This document shows, piece by piece, positions 49,201 to 64,000 of a DNA stretch of 64,000 nucleotides. Source of the stretch: Eledone cirrhosa (Eukaryota); assembly GCA_964016885.1 (NCBI GenBank), contig OZ024742.1, positions 319,734,001 through 319,798,000 on the forward strand. The letters run 5' to 3'. The notes under the pieces were generated by a model. The model searched no databases. It saw only the letters and a program-made list of their open reading frames with translations, and was not told where the DNA came from. Both the position numbers and the translations under genes were made by a program. The first letter of the stretch is position 1. Each line of letters begins with the position of its first letter.

Positions 49201-50690
49201 GACGAAAGGACCGGTTAAATTACTGGACGAAAGGACCGGTTAAATTGCTCGGGGTCTGGTTCGGTCCGGACCTCCAGATGGAGAAAAACTGGAGCGAGGT
49301 GACGAGCAGAGTGGCCTCTCTCACTCGGAAATGGGCCGAGAGGAGGCTGTCTTTAAAGGATCAGGCGGAGGTGGCGAATGCGTACATAGCGTCGGTCATC
49401 TGCTACCGCCTGACCATCGTACCTTGTCCCCGCCCAACTCTAAACAAAATGGAGCGCCTTCTCTTCCGCTTTTTGTGGAAGGGACGTGCTCCCATGGTCA
49501 GACGATCCATTTGCTGTCAACACCCGTTGCGTGGAGGACTAGGCATGCCGTGGCTGATGATGCGCAAACTGCGCTGAGGCTGCGACATCTCTGGTGCTTC
49601 CTTGACGGTGAACAGGTGTAGTCGCCATTTGCCAGACGCGCTTTTCCTCAGCTCGTCTCCTTGACGGAGCTGCAGTCCTGGATCAGGAAAAGACCGAGGG
49701 ATAGCGCTTGGAAGCTGGAATGTCTCCAAGCTCTCACTGCCCTCTACCAGCTGGGCATTAGTATCGGTGGAACATCCACCTCGGCGTTCTATAGAGGGCT
49801 AGGGGAGGGAAAGAGCGGCGACGTTCTCGGGGAGACCCTGGGCGTCGAAGACGATCAGCTGTTCGCTCTCTTAAAGAGAACTTTCAGACCGGGGCCTATG
49901 GACAACTTCCAGAAATCCCTGGCCCGGCAGTGCTACCGGGAAGCGATGCCGGTTCGAGATAAGCTCTACAGGCACGGAGGTGCTGTCAGCCGAGCCTGTC
50001 CGAGATGCGCGCAGGGCGACGAAACCGTGCTGCACGCCCTCGTTCAGTGCCCGAGGATTGCTGATTTGTGGAGCTATGTCGAACAGCTACTGTCGCGTGT
50101 AGGACGGATCCGGTTATCGACTGAGTTCATTGTGCAGATAGCCCCGCCATCCTCCTTTAAAGAGGAGGAAGGGCAGGCAGTTTTCATCTGCCTGGTGGCT
50201 ATGGCGAAAGAGATTGTGTGGTGGACAAGGTTGAAAGGGTTGAAGACGGACACTTTCCTCTTCGGCCAATCCCTGATTAACTTTTTCAAGTTTCACTTGA
50301 AGAGGAAAATCAGGGTGGAGAGGCAAGTGCTGTCTTCTAGTAAGTTTGTTGAAAGGTGGCTGAAAGTGGCGTGTTTGGTCTGAGTGAACGAGCCCGCCCT
50401 GAGTATGCGCCTGTAATCTGAGGAGTGGGAAAACTGAGAGAGGGCGCTTGCCCTGGTGGTGAGGGTGGCCGTGGTATTTTTGTGTGGTTTTCGCCACGAG
50501 TGACCCTCGGAGATTTCCCTCTTTTGGGGGAATTTTTGTTGTTTGTATTTTTTTGATTTCTATCCCGATTTCTATCTTGTTATAACTTATTTACACGACC
50601 CAAACCCACTTTGTATCATCCTGTACTGTTCTGTGCCGTCTCTAATGTTTTTCTTCATGTTAGCCCTTGTGACCAATAAAGAAACCATTA
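49201..50690 (+). mobile_element. 5'-truncated Tx1 copy, inverted relative to and very similar to 45010-46400
   Basis: ORFs 49128-49577 and 49661-50383; 3' UTR matches the reverse complement of 45010-45280; AATAAA at about 50675. Confidence 0.95.
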
Positions 50691-50890
50691 TATATATATA
50701 CATATATATCTCTATATATATATTTGCATTACCAAACAATTTCGTGGTCGTAAATACGATCAGCTCATTCTAAATCATAAAATAAGTGATATTTGATATA
50801 GAGGAACTAGTGTTCTATCCGCCTTTGAATCATGAGATAACAACACGGCAGCTGATTGCACCGTCTACAAAGACAAAAGATAACCACCTG

Positions 50891-50923
<33 letters not shown>

Positions 50924-51336
50924 TGATAAGTCAAACTGGTGTGTGGAGATCCAGTTAACTTTAGAAACATTTAGAAAATTGAAATTTAAAATGTAGTCGT
51001 ATGAATGTAAATTCTAAGGGCTTGTCACACACTATGTTACGCTGAATCTCATTGAGAATTACGTTATGAGCGTACGTGTCAATGGAATGCCCAGTCACTT
51101 ACACGTTAATTTCACAAGCATGCTGTTCCGTTGATCGAACAACTGGAACACTTGTCGTCGGAACTGACAGAGATCACACACACACACACATGCGCGCGCG
51201 CTAGCCAATATACAATTGGTATATTTCGGCGTTAAAATACACTATTCTAAGCTTGAAAAATAACAAACAAAACAGCAAAATTGATTATGAGATTTCAGAT
51301 GTTCTCAGACAGCCAGCTTGCCGCTAAAACCAACGT

Positions 51337-52236
51337 CTAGTCACTGTTGCTTTTATCGTTTGACAAAGTTTCCGTGAGATAAAATCCTGAAGCAGGTCTT
51401 TCATTCAAAGGCTCTTCTGTTATCAACGATTTCAACTTCCGGTACAAAACGATAATCTCGCTGTAATATCAAGCTGGTGTGATGTGATGTTGTAGCAAGA
51501 TTTCATTTTCCTTTCCTCTTTCTATTTTTTAAAATTTCAACTACACGTATTCACAGTACTGCCATGCCCATGTCATCGTTACAGTGGGTTCTTTTCTTTA
51601 ATGTTTTAAGGCGACAAGAAAATAACTGGAATTTAGCTGCTATTTCTAGCATATTGCTAGACATATATAGTCTCCCTCGCTGTTTCGAATTTGATACGTG
51701 TCTGTAATAGATATGTCTCTGGAAAATTGAAATTTGAAATGTAGTCGTATGAACGTGATAAAAGAATACATTAAAACTAGTCCTGATTGCAAAGGCATCT
51801 GATCAATGGTGCTCCAGCCATGCCAGGCCCTTTAAACTTCAATTTTAGTGTATTGTTTTATCTTTATAAAGACAACAAAACAATTGTATTTGAAAGAACT
51901 GGAGGTGCGCTGCTCTTTCTAGTAAGCTGTTGTTTGACCATATATAGACTCCTTCGCTGGTTCGAATTTGACACGTGTCTACAATAGGTATGTCGTTGTC
52001 GTTTGATACTTCCATAAAAGGAGTTTGAAAATGAATGAAGTGGTGTAGGATGGCGGGGGGGGGGGTGATACAGGTTCTACAGTGCGGATAGTAAACATAG
52101 AAAGATAGGTGTGATGTAACAAGGGTGGAGCCGAATATCATTAAAAAAATCATATTAATACACGCACACATGCGTATACACACACACATATGCACGTATA
52201 TGTATATATATATATGTATTTATGTATTTACGTATT

Positions 52237-52289
<53 letters not shown>

Positions 52290-52361
52290 GTATGTATGTA
52301 TGTATTTATGTATGTGTGTATATATATGTACTTATGCATGCATGTATATATGTATGTATGC

Positions 52362-52394
<33 letters not shown>

Positions 52395-53351
52395 TGTATG
52401 TATGTATGTATGTACGTACGTACGTATGTATGTACGTTTGCATGTATGTGTGTGTGTGTGTGAGTGTGTATGTGTGTGTGTACGTATGTATGTGTCTGCT
52501 TTCAATGTTCTTTTGGTGGTGGTTGTTGTTATTGTTCGTGTTTTTGATGCTGTTGTTGTTATTGTTATTGCTGTTGTTGTTACTGCTACTGTTGTTGTTT
52601 AGCCCCAGATCAGCTCTGATTTAGCTTATTTATGGTGTTGTTATTGTTGTTGTTTAGCCCCAAATGAGCTCTGATTTAGCTCATTTATGTTCAATAGCGT
52701 TCCAGTTATGACCACGCCATTGCTTTTTTCAGGCATCGTGTATCTAGTTCTTCATTATTCAAGATGGTAGGGAGCGATTTGAGGAAGATTTCGGTGCTAT
52801 TTCTAGCGGGTAGAGCGACTACGATGAGGCACCCGGGTGCCGGCGCTCGTGGCGGTAGTGGCGCTAGTGGCATTGCTGGTTGTTATGCAATAATTGTGGC
52901 TACTGTGGTGTGGTGATGGCGACGGCGTTGGTGGTGGGGTTGCTGGCAGCGGCGTTTGTGGTAGTGACGGCGGTAGCAGTGTTAGTGATGGAGACGTTGA
53001 TGGTTGTAGTAGTGATGGCGGCGGTGGTGTTGATGATAGTGGCACCGGTGCTGTTATACTGTTAAAATTCTTAATTTTTCTTTTTAAGTTCGATAAATAA
53101 ATAAATAGACAAAGAAGAGACTGTGAGTAGCTAGTATTTCACAATTGTAACAGTTTAGTGGATCGATACGCAGTGTTCATTGATAAGGTTGGCAGATTGG
53201 GGAAAGGGGTGGTGAAGAATACTGATATAGTAGTGAAGGGAAGGGAGTAAGGTTTGATGAAGAAAACAATAGATAGATAGAAAGATAGATAGATAGATAG
53301 GTACAAATGTGGAAGACTGTGGAAAGAGGGACAGTTTGAAGAAAAAGAAAT

Positions 53352-53447
<96 letters not shown>

Positions 53448-53698
53448 TAGATAGCTAGAGAAGGTGAGAGTGATGGAGAGAAAGACAAAAATAGTATTAG
53501 TAGAAGAGGAAGAAGAAATAGAAGAAAATATAGCTACATATGTATATATATCTAGATAGATGGACATATAGACAAGGATAGAGCTTGAGGGAGAGATACA
53601 AGTGGAGGGAAGGGAGGGAAAGGGTTTGTAGTAGAAGTAGTAGTTGCAGCATCAGCAGTAGTAGTAGTACTAATAGTAGCAGCAGCAGTAGCAGCAGC

Positions 53699-53752
<54 letters not shown>

Positions 53753-54819
53753 TATATAGATACATATATATATAAATAAAAAAATAAAGAGAGGAAAAAT
53801 GGAAAAGGGAGGGAATAAGAAAGGGCCAACAGATCGAAAGAGAAAGTGAAAATGAAATTTGAATGAAAAGGAAGAAGCGCGATAGTAGAATTCAGCAGCG
53901 AAGTTACGAGAGAATGAAAGAAAGGCAGAATGATAGACAGATATATTTCTTTATTAGCCACAGGGGCACAAAAGAAGGGGACAAATACAAAGGGGGAAGT
54001 TTACATACAATAAAAACGTGTAAAATGTTATCACAGATGGAATTTAAAAGTTAGTCGATTTTCCCCAATAGAGGGAGACAGTTTATATGGGTAACACAGA
54101 CCCCCGAAAAAAATGTGCAACCCTCATCTCCAGGAGTACGAAGAGCTTGTACTCCTTTCCTCTCCTCCTCCTTTTCCTCAACCTACAGGCTGATATAGAG
54201 AGAAGGCCCATTCACTCGGGCCATTCTCGCCACTTTCACCCACCTTTCATAAAACTTGCTGGGGTACAGCACCTCTCTCTCCATCCTGATTCTTCTTCCA
54301 AAGTGGTATTTGAAAAAAAGAATCAGTTGTTGGCCGGAGAGAAAGGTGTCTGACCTCAGCCCTTTCAACCTTGTCCACCATACAACCTCTTTCGCCATAG
54401 CTATCACACAAAGGAAAACCGCCTCTCCTTCGTTTTTGAAGGAGGGTGGCGGTTTGATCATGACAATGGACTCGGTGGTCAACTGGATTAGATAGACAGT
54501 TAGATAGATAAATATATGTATATATATATATATATATATAAAAGGTTAAACAAGGTTCAATGAATAAATCAAAGAATTAGTTTTACAATAGATTGGAAGC
54601 ACTCAACAAATATGGTTTTCCGGAGTTATTAATATTAATTCATTATTAATATTAATCCATGATTGGATCTTAACCATCTACTATGTCAGGGTATGTCATG
54701 CATCATCTTATTTTATCTGATGAAGTCGTACTGTTGAAGTTAGCTCAGTACCTCTGAAATATGTATAATAAAATATACTTGATCACAAGAAGTTCTATTT
54801 TTGTTAATATTTTGAATTA

Positions 54820-54889
<70 letters not shown>

Positions 54890-55149
54890 CAAGTTTACCT
54901 TTTACATATATATATATATGCGTTGATAAATAGACTGCGAGTGAGTGTATAGAAGAGGAAACAAGAGAAAGAAAGTTGGAAAGAGAGAAAGGCGGGGCGG
55001 GGGGTATATTTCCTTACTAGGGCAAAAGAAAGAAACGGAAAAGTATACTCACACACATATATCTGTGTGCGTGTGTGAGTATATATATATGTATGCAAAT
55101 ATATGTGTGTGTATATATGTATATATATATATGTATATATATATGTATG

Positions 55150-55209
<60 letters not shown>

Positions 55210-55227
55210 TATATGTGTATATATATA

Positions 55228-55283
<56 letters not shown>

Positions 55284-55286
55284 CAT

Positions 55287-55339
<53 letters not shown>

Positions 55340-55572
55340 GGAATAATTCTAGAAAGGAATTAAGGAGTAAGAGGAATAAAGGAATACAGCACACCGATTA
55401 CGTAAAGAAATAATATACAAATATATATACGTATATATATATATATATATATACGTATATATATATATATAAATATTTACTCTTTCGTGTTCTTTCTTTT
55501 ACTTTTTCCCTCTCACTTTGTATCTCTTAATATCTCTTATTCCTTCCCTCCTCCTCTCTCTATCTCTCACCC

Positions 55573-55617
<45 letters not shown>

Positions 55618-55638
55618 CTCTCTCTATCTCTCTTTATT

Positions 55639-55678
<40 letters not shown>

Positions 55679-55839
55679 TCGCTCCCTCTCTCTCTGTCTT
55701 TCGTCACTCTTCTCTTCTTAGTTTTCATGAATTGCCAAGCTAGACATTACCATTTACGGTAGTGCTTCAGATACCACGGAACATCGCTGGAACCGCCCCG
55801 CCTCATTCCTGACGTAAACAGATAGTTCTGGAACAACAT
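51337..55839 (-). CDS. Candidate two-exon 70-aa ORF (exons 55839-55751 and 51460-51337), unknown product
   Basis: Unique-sequence islands; ATG..AAATG|GTAATG donor and TTACAG|C acceptor are phase compatible and give an open frame to TAG. No homology recognised. Confidence 0.25.
53945..54490 (-). mobile_element. Tx1/L1-clade LINE 3' fragment
   Basis: 54183-54482 [24 protein letters not shown]; AATAAA on the minus strand at about 53950. Confidence 0.9.
54709..54775 (+). ncRNA. Type I hammerhead ribozyme in a roughly 290-bp TA-flanked island
   Basis: TATTTTAT-CTGATGA-AG..GTACTG(12 nt)CAGTAC..CT-GAAA-TATGTAT-A|ATAAAATA; same stem I and stem III design as 12412-12474. Confidence 0.8.
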
Positions 55840-55884
55840 ACGAACTGGAGACTGCCATTTCTACGGTTGGAACTCATCCTACAC

Positions 55885-55915
<31 letters not shown>

Positions 55916-55961
55916 CTTCTTCTTCTTCTTCTTCTTCTTCTTCTTCTTCTCACTTTCCATT

Positions 55962-58752
<2,791 letters not shown>

Positions 58753-58994
58753 GGTATTACTATTAGAGATAGTATTTATCTAAGATTTAATGAATAGTCT
58801 CCCATGCCATATGTGCGACTACTCGCGTCGAGTTTATGTATGTATGTATGTATGTATGTATGTATGTATGTATGTATGTATGTATGTATGTATGTATGTA
58901 TGTATGTATGTATGTATGTATGCATGCATATATGTATATATGTATGTACGTATGTATGTATGTATGTATGTATGTATGTATGCATGCATATATG

Positions 58995-59028
<34 letters not shown>

Positions 59029-59079
59029 TGCATGCATATATGTATATATGCATGTTTGTATGTATGCATGTATGTATGT

Positions 59080-59945
59080 TCTTCTGGTTTTATAATTTCA
59101 CAAAGTTTTACCAATAGAGAGAGTCGGTTTCTAACTTAGACACAAGACTCTCTCATTGGAATTTACACAACATCAACTAGGTAGATTATGTATGCATGCA
59201 TGTGTAGATATGGATATCATTATATGTGTGGATGTGGATGTTTTGAGTTGTATGTGTGCATGTGTATATGCTTTGTATCTGTACATGTGTATATGCAGTT
59301 ATTAGATGCAACATTTTGGAATGTTTTACATATTTTTACTGTTCCATTAATGGATTGTACTTGTAATTTCCTAACAAGTTGTGTTCTTTCTGTTCCTGTG
59401 AAACCTAGCTTCTCAAGATTTGTATTGAGGCAGTTACTAACATACCCCAGTGCTCCAATAATCACAGGCATAAATCTGAAGGTGTAATCAGGGTGGAGTA
59501 TCTGCAGATTTCTCATCAGTTCTGCATAAATATTCTCCTTTTCGCTAATCTTTGATATTATGTTGGCATCTGCTGCGCAGCTAACTTCCAATACTGTGCA
59601 TGCCTTCTTTTCCTTGTCCCATATCATTATATCTGGTCCGTTATGCCTGCATTTTATTGGGGTTTTTACTGGAACATTCCACCAGTACTTTTTTCATATT
59701 ATGTATATGTATGTCTTCCACATTGTTGTAGCTTTTAATGTGTTTATTGTCGGGGCTATCTTTCCTACGGATTGCATTGTACAGTGTTTTGGTCACATCA
59801 TGCCTCATAGGTAGATAGTACCGCGATTACATCTTTGGACAGCTGCTTACGACATGGGTGAAAAACCTCGATGTTAATTCTGCAGTGTCTGCACTTGTTA
59901 TCACATCTAGGTGTTTTGCCTGCATCCCTATCTCTTTTGTAAATC
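59080..59945 (-). mobile_element. R4/Dong-like LINE 3' part (CCHC finger plus RLE), inside (CATA)n
   Basis: DNKCRHC...HVVSSCPK..RHD; HNGPDIMIWDKEKKACTVLEVS..EKENIY..PVIIGALG; ends in (CATA)n 58836-59078, with a short TATG run at the 5' junction. Confidence 0.88.
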
Positions 59946-59974
59946 AGGTATTTATGTATGTATGTTTATGTCGG

Positions 59975-60920
59975 GTCACATGCTACTGGTAACATGTAAC
60001 TCAGTAAAACCTGTCTCATGGTCGGGTCGTCGGCGACTAAACCGGCAACCCCACCAAGTTTACTTGGTGAGGAGGGTGATTTTGGACACCCCGCAGGACG
60101 AAAAAAAAAAACCTGACAAAGAACGGAAGAACTCATGAGTCAACGACCATCCGAAAATGTGTAAATATATATATATATATATGTATATTCATGTTTACAT
60201 ATATATATATATATGCGCGGGGACATAGAAATATTCGGGCTGGATACCCGATCGCGTGGTTAAACCACTGGGAGCGAAGGACCTCTAGCCTTTGTCAGGG
60301 CATTCTTCTAGAAGGCAACTCAGGAAACTTGGATAACTCTGACATAAAACCTGTGGCTCAGTAGTTACCGATGATGTTAATCTTTTCTTCTTTTCGGGTT
60401 ATAACTACTGTCGTTCAGAGAGTGGGATTGGCCCAGTGCACAGTCTTTCCTCACTTTTAAAAAGATCTTCACCACAGGCATTGCACGATAGCATTGATTG
60501 ATAAATATTAATAATGTTATATCATGCAATAGCCATACACGATAACGAGTGGTAGCCATCATGTATGTATGTATGTATGTATGTATGTATGTATGTATGT
60601 ATGTATGTATGTATGTATGTATGTATGTATGTATGTATGTATGTATGTATGTATCATGGCACAGGCATTGCTTTATATCTGGAGATCTCTCTGCACTTGT
60701 CGTCACATGGTACCATGGGCCCTGCACTATGTGTCAATAATTGTCACAAGTGTAGTGTTTGTACCAGAGTTTTCAAGTCGCTGGCTGGATTAAAATGTCA
60801 CTCGTTCAGCGAGTTGGCAGCCACCATGTATGTATGTATGTATGTATGTATGTATGTATGTATGTATGTATGTATGTATGTATGTATGTATGTATGTATA
60901 TATGTATGTATGTATGTATG
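59975..60920 (+). mobile_element. Short RTE-like deletion derivative (5' UTR-like part, 3' finger remnant, (TATG)n tail) with nested insert
   Basis: Homology to 18485-18665 and to 9497-9780; 60461-60654 interrupts that homology and ends in its own ggtagccatc-(atgt)n tail. Confidence 0.55.
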
Positions 60921-61416
60921 AATGTATGAATAAGCATTTTTATTGACGTCATCAGGTTCGATTGGAATCGTAATCAGGATGTATATTATCACATTGAAAA
61001 GCTGCATAACTGCAGATATATGTACTTCCACATTAGATCCATTGCTTTCTCTTTCTCTCGCTTGATCTCTCTTTATATGTACACGCACACATACACGTTC
61101 CTCTCTCTTTCTCTCCACCGTTCTCTTTTTATCTACGTCTCTCGCTCTCACCAAGAGTAACCATTTCACGACACGTTTTCTTAAACAACTTGTTAATGAT
61201 TAGACTATTTGCCTTATAATGATTTCCTTATTAGCCACATAAGGCTCACATTAAGAAAACATTAAAGACGGTACAGGATGACGCAAGACAGCTTGGGATG
61301 ACACAGGACGGTACAATGTGGGTTTTTGCAACAAAATGAACAAACCTAAAATTTCGAACAAAAGAAAATTCCCCAATAGAAGGGAAATATATATATTTAA
61401 GTTGAACCACCAAACT

Positions 61417-61459
<43 letters not shown>

Positions 61460-61464
<5 letters not shown>

Positions 61465-61648
61465 AAAACGTATGACCCCGATGGCAGAGCTCAAGCCGTT
61501 TCGACGGCTATTTCTGGAAATAGCCGTCGAAACGGCTTGAGCTCTGCCGTCGGAGTCATACTTTTTTCCTATTTCCCACTCTACTACCCTAAGTATTGAG
61601 TACTCTGGTGCGTTATGGTCCATCTGGTTCCTTACCACAATTCCTTCG

Positions 61649-61652
<4 letters not shown>
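61460..61652. repeat. Near-perfect palindrome (61460-61572) plus PLE terminal sequence of the family at 1-65 / 1675-1810
   Basis: ggcagagctcaagccgtttcgacggctatttc-tg-gaaatagccgtcgaaacggcttgagctctgcc; downstream gagtactctggtgcgttatggtcca..tggttccttaccaca matches the window start. Confidence 0.92.
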
Positions 61653-61685
<33 letters not shown>

Positions 61686-61724
61686 TGAATTTATTGTTGT
61701 AGGTGTTGTGTAACATTTAGTCTT

Positions 61725-61816
61725 ATCTCCTGCTGACGAAATGCCTACGGATTACTTGTTACAAACACGATTCATTCAGGGCGAAACAGATTAAATCTTT
61801 AGTCTGTCCGGGAGAT
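61725..61816 (+). ncRNA. Type I hammerhead ribozyme with full-length stem III
   Basis: Stem I ATCTCCTG/CGGGAGAT; CTGACGA; stem II GCCT/GGGC with a large loop; GAAA; stem III ACAGATTAA(ATCT)TTAGTCTGT; GUC triplet 61806-61808. Confidence 0.85.
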
Positions 61817-61959
61817 GAAATGGTTATTGATATGGTATGTATGAGAAATCTTACAATAATTCAAATTAAGATTAAAATTAAAATTAAAATTAAAATTAAA
61901 ATTAAAATTAAAATTAAAATTAAAAATAAAAATAAAAATAAAAATTAAAATTAAAATTA

Positions 61960-62797
<838 letters not shown>

Positions 62798-64000
62798 CAG
62801 AAGAGTGTTGTTTATCCTAGTAGTTACGTTGTAACCTCTTGAGGATAAGCAGGTCCATGCGATCCAAAGTATTTTAAGACAGTAGTTTATCCCAGGTAGG
62901 TGATTATGAGTGACAGAGTATTCATTTATCATATAATGGTAGTTAACACTTCACTACTGGATAGACGTACAATGTGGGGTTTTGCAACAAAATGAACAAA
63001 CGTTAAATTTTGAACAAAAGAAAATTCCCCAATAGAAGGGAAACTTCCGAGAGTTACTCGTGAAGAAAACCCACAAAAAGCCACAGTCACCTTGACCCCT
63101 AAAGTAAGTGCTCCTTCCCAGCTGTCCTCCAATTTACAGGCGCATGCTTAGAGCAGGCCTATGTACTCGGGTCATATTCACCACTCTCACCCACTTTTCA
63201 GACAGCAGGTTGGAATGTAGCACTTCCCTACCCACTCTGATTTTCTTCTTCAAGTGAAATCTGAAAAAGTTAATCAGGTCTTCGCTGAAGAGGAAAGTGC
63301 ATGTCCTCAACCCTTTCAGACGTGTCCACCATATAATCTTTTTCGCCATGGCGACCAGGCAGATAAAAATGTCCTGCTCTTCTCGGCTAAAAGAAAGCGA
63401 TGCGGCAATCTTCATGATGGACTCAGCTGATAGACGGATCCATCCTGCACGTGACGGCGGGTGTTCCACACAAACTCACAAGTCAGCAATACTCAGACAC
63501 TCGACGAATGCGAGCAGGACGGTTTCGTCGTCCTGCGCGCATCTCGGACAGGCCCGGCTGACGGCGTATACAGGCCTACAGAGTTTATCTCAAACTGGTA
63601 ATGTTACTCGGTAGCATTGACAGACCAGGGATTTTTGGAAGTTATCCATGGACCCTGGACCTAAACTCCCCCGGAAAAGAATAGCTAGTTGGTTTTTGTC
63701 ACCGCCCAGAGTCCCTACACAATAAAAAAAATATGGAAAATGATACATTAGATAATGTAATATTACAAAAAGCTTGAAAAGACGGAATACTCATAGTTGG
63801 AATAATTTTGATCACTGGTATTTTTCAAATCAAAATTCAATAACAGCAACAGCAACAACAGCAGCAACAACAACAGCAGCAGCAACAGCAACAGCAGCAG
63901 CAGCAACAGCAACAACAATAACAACTGCAAATAGAGCAGAAACAACAACAGCAAAAAACAGCAGAAACAACAACTCCAGCCGGAGCTGAATTTATAACAA

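Overview
Eukaryotic, AT-rich DNA packed with microsatellites and almost wholly made of transposable elements. The SINE families and the (TA)n/(CATA)n/(CA)n load suggest a cephalopod (octopus-like) genome, which is inference only. Contents: nine Tx1/L1-clade LINE copies or fragments (one near full length, several nested or inverted); three Penelope-like elements (PLEs) plus short PLE-derived islands in (TA)n; a non-autonomous 2.1-kb LTR element with intact LTRs, TSD, PBS and PPT inserted in a CR1-type LINE; RTE, R4/Dong-like and CRE-like fragments; Helitron helicase remnants; two hAT MITEs with 8-bp TSDs; Tc1/mariner remnants; many SINEs. No host gene is confidently recognised, though candidate spliced exons lie at about 51.3-58.8 kb. 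Most notable: (1) about ten hammerhead-ribozyme folds, several in short non-coding cassettes embedded in (TA)n and often next to fold-back palindromes; (2) an LTR primer-binding site matching 32 nt of tRNA-Trp with an A-to-T change at the m1A58 position; (3) an apparent succession in which retroelement tails supply microsatellites that other retroelements insert into. All folds and alignments were read by eye; no database search was run.
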